DNA of 64,000 bases from Lama glama (Eukaryota): assembly GCA_028534125.1 (NCBI GenBank), contig CM052816.1, forward strand, positions 42,224,001 to 42,288,000, given 5' to 3'. Below are positions 61,183 through 64,000 of the stretch, piece after piece. Position 1 is the stretch's first letter; the number at the start of each line of letters is the position of its first letter. The position numbers and the translations under genes are program-made. The notes below the pieces were generated by a model, which ran no database searches, was not told where the DNA came from, and saw nothing but the letters and a program-made list of their open reading frames with translations.

Positions 61183-63754
61183 ATGAGCAGAAGTTTGTTC
61201 ATCTTTAGTCAATCAATAGAGTAGGAATTGAAGGATTTCCTGCACCTGAAAAGTACCCCAGAGCTCCTATTACACTGATGCTCAGAAACTAGGTTTCAGA
61301 AGGAAGATTTCATTGCACATTCACCTTTCAAGTGTCGCTGAACACATACATGTTCAGGCCCTATTCTAGGTTCTTACTCAAGTCTTCTAGGACTCCTTTT
61401 CCACTACTCCAAATGGGGAAAACCCAGAACTTCCGTGTTCAGTTTGAATTCTGGATCCTAAGTAATCATCCTCCTCAATGAACTGCAAAACAGACATGTC
61501 TCTAGAGAGGAGGAGATCTACTGCTCTCTTCTTCCTGGATTCCCCTAGGGGAGTGAGTATGTGATCTTCTTTGACATCTTGTCCTTATAAAGAGACTGAC
61601 AGGGGCAGGAGGAGGAGGTGGACATTCAGATTGAAACACAAAGACTGTTTGGAACACAGATAACATATAAACATTCCCTGGTTGTGGCGGCGTTTCTCTG
61701 CTTCCGCAGGATTACCCTGTACAATGCCGGTATTCAGAGCCAGGGCCCCACAGGCTAATTGTTTCATCTATGAATTTTATGTTTTAGGAGGCACTTCAAG
61801 TTATACAGTGGTCTTCTTATGTGTTATCATAATTACGTACCATCAAAACATTAGCTGAACTTTGTACCTTCCCTGAACAATTAAGTTGCACTTTAAAGGT
61901 AGGTTAATAAATAACCAAGGGGAAGGCCACCAAAGGACTAAACCTGGAACAGTGAACTGTATTGAGTGCCCCAAGCAAGCCGAGAGATTAAAAATAGTAA
62001 CTTTTCAACAAAAGTTACCTCACATGTGCTGAGAATCTGGTCTGCTGTGAGAGAGTTGATGACTCTGCCCCACTCCGGCCCTAGTAAGATTTCAAGATAA
62101 AATAAAAATCTCTCACAACAACAACAACAAAATAAAGAGTTCCTTCCATCTTTTCATAAAACCCTAAATCCCCAATATTAGAGTCATCCTAATGTTCTCA
62201 ATTATTTATTTTTAATTTTTTATCCTATAAGGCATAGCCTTAAGTCTTTTTTTGAACAAAGTACAATATAAATTTTTTAAAAAGAAGCAAACAAATACAT
62301 AAATAAATCAATAATTGGAAGATTCCATTCTTTCACAGATTTCAAAGATTTGATCCTTGTGAAAGGGAGAGAGAGGGAGATGGTGTTTTAAGCAATGTTC
62401 AGTAATTTTCACTTTAGTGTAAAAAAGTACCTGAGTCTTTCTTAAGAAAAGATTTTGCTAGAAGACAAAAAGTGAGTTTGTTTCACCCTTTTCTGAGAGG
62501 CAAATATGTCAGAACGTTCCTTGTTCTGATTTTGGTCCAAGAATAGAATTGAGTTATCTTTAAAATCGAACATCAAAATCTTTCTCTCTCTCAGAAGTAA
62601 AATGTTGAGGTATACCCATTGTCTATTTTGTGGAAGAGAAATCATATTTAAATCTAAAATTGAAAAGGAACTTCCCCCTCACATTCCTTTCTTATATTCA
62701 AAGGCAAATAATCAAGTTAACCACCCCGTAGTCACATAACCAATAAGAATAAAATGGTAAAGCATTTTTGTCAGAGCGATTACAGAAAACCAGTCCCTTT
62801 ATCTTGTGGAATGTTTCTGATTGTTCTGGCCCTCTAAACTTCCCCCCTCCTGTGTTTAAGTCAAAATATCACATCAATAATACATGATGCTCAAATCTTG
62901 CAATTTCAGGCTCAAGAATGACATGGAGCATGCAAAACAGACATTACAGCAGACAGTTGTGCTTTGTGGAAACTATGGTGCAATAGCCTGAAAAATAGCT
63001 TCAAGTGATAAAAACGCAGTGCACTGACCCCCTGGAAAGAATTGTGTCCACGGGTCCTGGAAGATGTCTGTTGTCTAACACCCTCACTCCACGTCTGAGC
63101 CCTTTCGCTCCATGTGGTTTTTCCCTGAGGGATCATTATTGGGTTTCATAATGATTAGTTTGTGTATGAAAAAGGAAAGCTCAAGACTATAATTTCATAC
63201 ATACTTTAAAAAAAACATATAAAGAAAATTCAGTAGCGAGACAAGTAATCTCCTGGAGCCCGCTGTGACCAAGAGTATACCTGTGAGGGAGACAAGCTGA
63301 TAACTGAATGTCTCAGCGCCCAAGGGGACAAACCACAGAGAGGAAAGCTTTGTTGTCCCTCTAGTTTAGGGAGCTCTGCAACCCGGGTGCCTGCTTCAGA
63401 CATAAAGAAAGTGCCCACCGAGAAGCAGACAGCAGCTATTAAAGCAAATGAGTATTGAACCATCCAAGTCAGAAATTCAATGAAAAGGAGAGAGGGATAT
63501 CTCTCAATTTTGGTGACCACATACTTAAAAGAGATGCTTCTCAATAAAGACCTAAGTGAAGGGTAGACTGAGGCAAGTTGGGGCTGAAAGCAAGGCCCAG
63601 AAGTAAAAGGCAGATTGAGCACAGAGAGCCTGGAGGAGGAGTTAGGACCACACTGGGAGTCCAGAAGGAAGAGCACCCACCTGGTGAAGGTTTCTCCAGC
63701 ACTACACCTGCAATGCCTCATTTCTCCGCGGATTCCCAAGTCCTCTCATTGGGA

Positions 63755-63965
63755 GAGGCAGTATAGCCTAGAGAAGAGAAAAAGCTGGCTTTAAATCCTG
63801 GGTTGGCCCCACACTCTCTATGGAACCTTGAGCCAATTACTTAATAGCTCTGTACCTCGGTTTTCTCATCTGTGAAGAGAGTTAACAATAAGAGAATCCA
63901 TCCAAGAAAACTCCCCACAACAAAGCTTGGTACATAGCAATGGCTCAAACAATGTTAGATTTTAT
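63755..63965 (+). mobile_element. MIR SINE
   Basis: 'ggcagtatagcctag...accttgagccaattacttaatagctctgtacctcggttttctcatctgtgaa'. Confidence 0.85.
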
Positions 63966-64000
63966 TATATTCTTATCCACAGCCATGTCAACATATTACT

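Noticed and set aside
63230..63739. 169-aa minus-strand ORF
   Set aside because: No recognisable domain or coding-like composition; expected by chance in moderately GC-rich DNA
1..64000. CRISPR arrays, operons, rRNA/snRNA genes or other prokaryote-style systems
   Set aside because: The sequence is mammalian; no regularly spaced repeat-spacer array or recognisable structural RNA gene was seen

Overview
AT-rich, CpG-depleted mammalian non-coding DNA (intronic or intergenic) with no CpG island and no recognisable protein-coding exon; I accept none of the supplied ORFs as genes. A tRNA-derived SINE with a Vic-1-like structure (45871-46010) and young L1 3' ends point to a camelid genome. A large part of the window is interspersed repeats: L1s of several ages, MIR, L2, MLT1 LTRs, hAT elements (MER5, MER3, MER53, Charlie1) and a MARNA-like mariner derivative. 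There is one 500-N assembly gap inside a young L1. Repeat subfamily names come from my recall of consensus sequences and need RepeatMasker/Dfam confirmation; boundaries of old repeats are approximate. The best observations are: a five-layer nested insertion at 7757-8915 that contains a TSD-flanked non-repeat retroposed sequence; a second CpG-retaining polyadenylated retro-insert at ~3877-4440; and a compact minus-strand promoter candidate (half-CRE, CCAAT, CACCC, TATA, Inr, short first exon, strong donor) at ~44215-44335. Weaker observations are several exon-like segments and TF-motif clusters. I found no evidence of a wholly new biological system; the findings are testable hypotheses.
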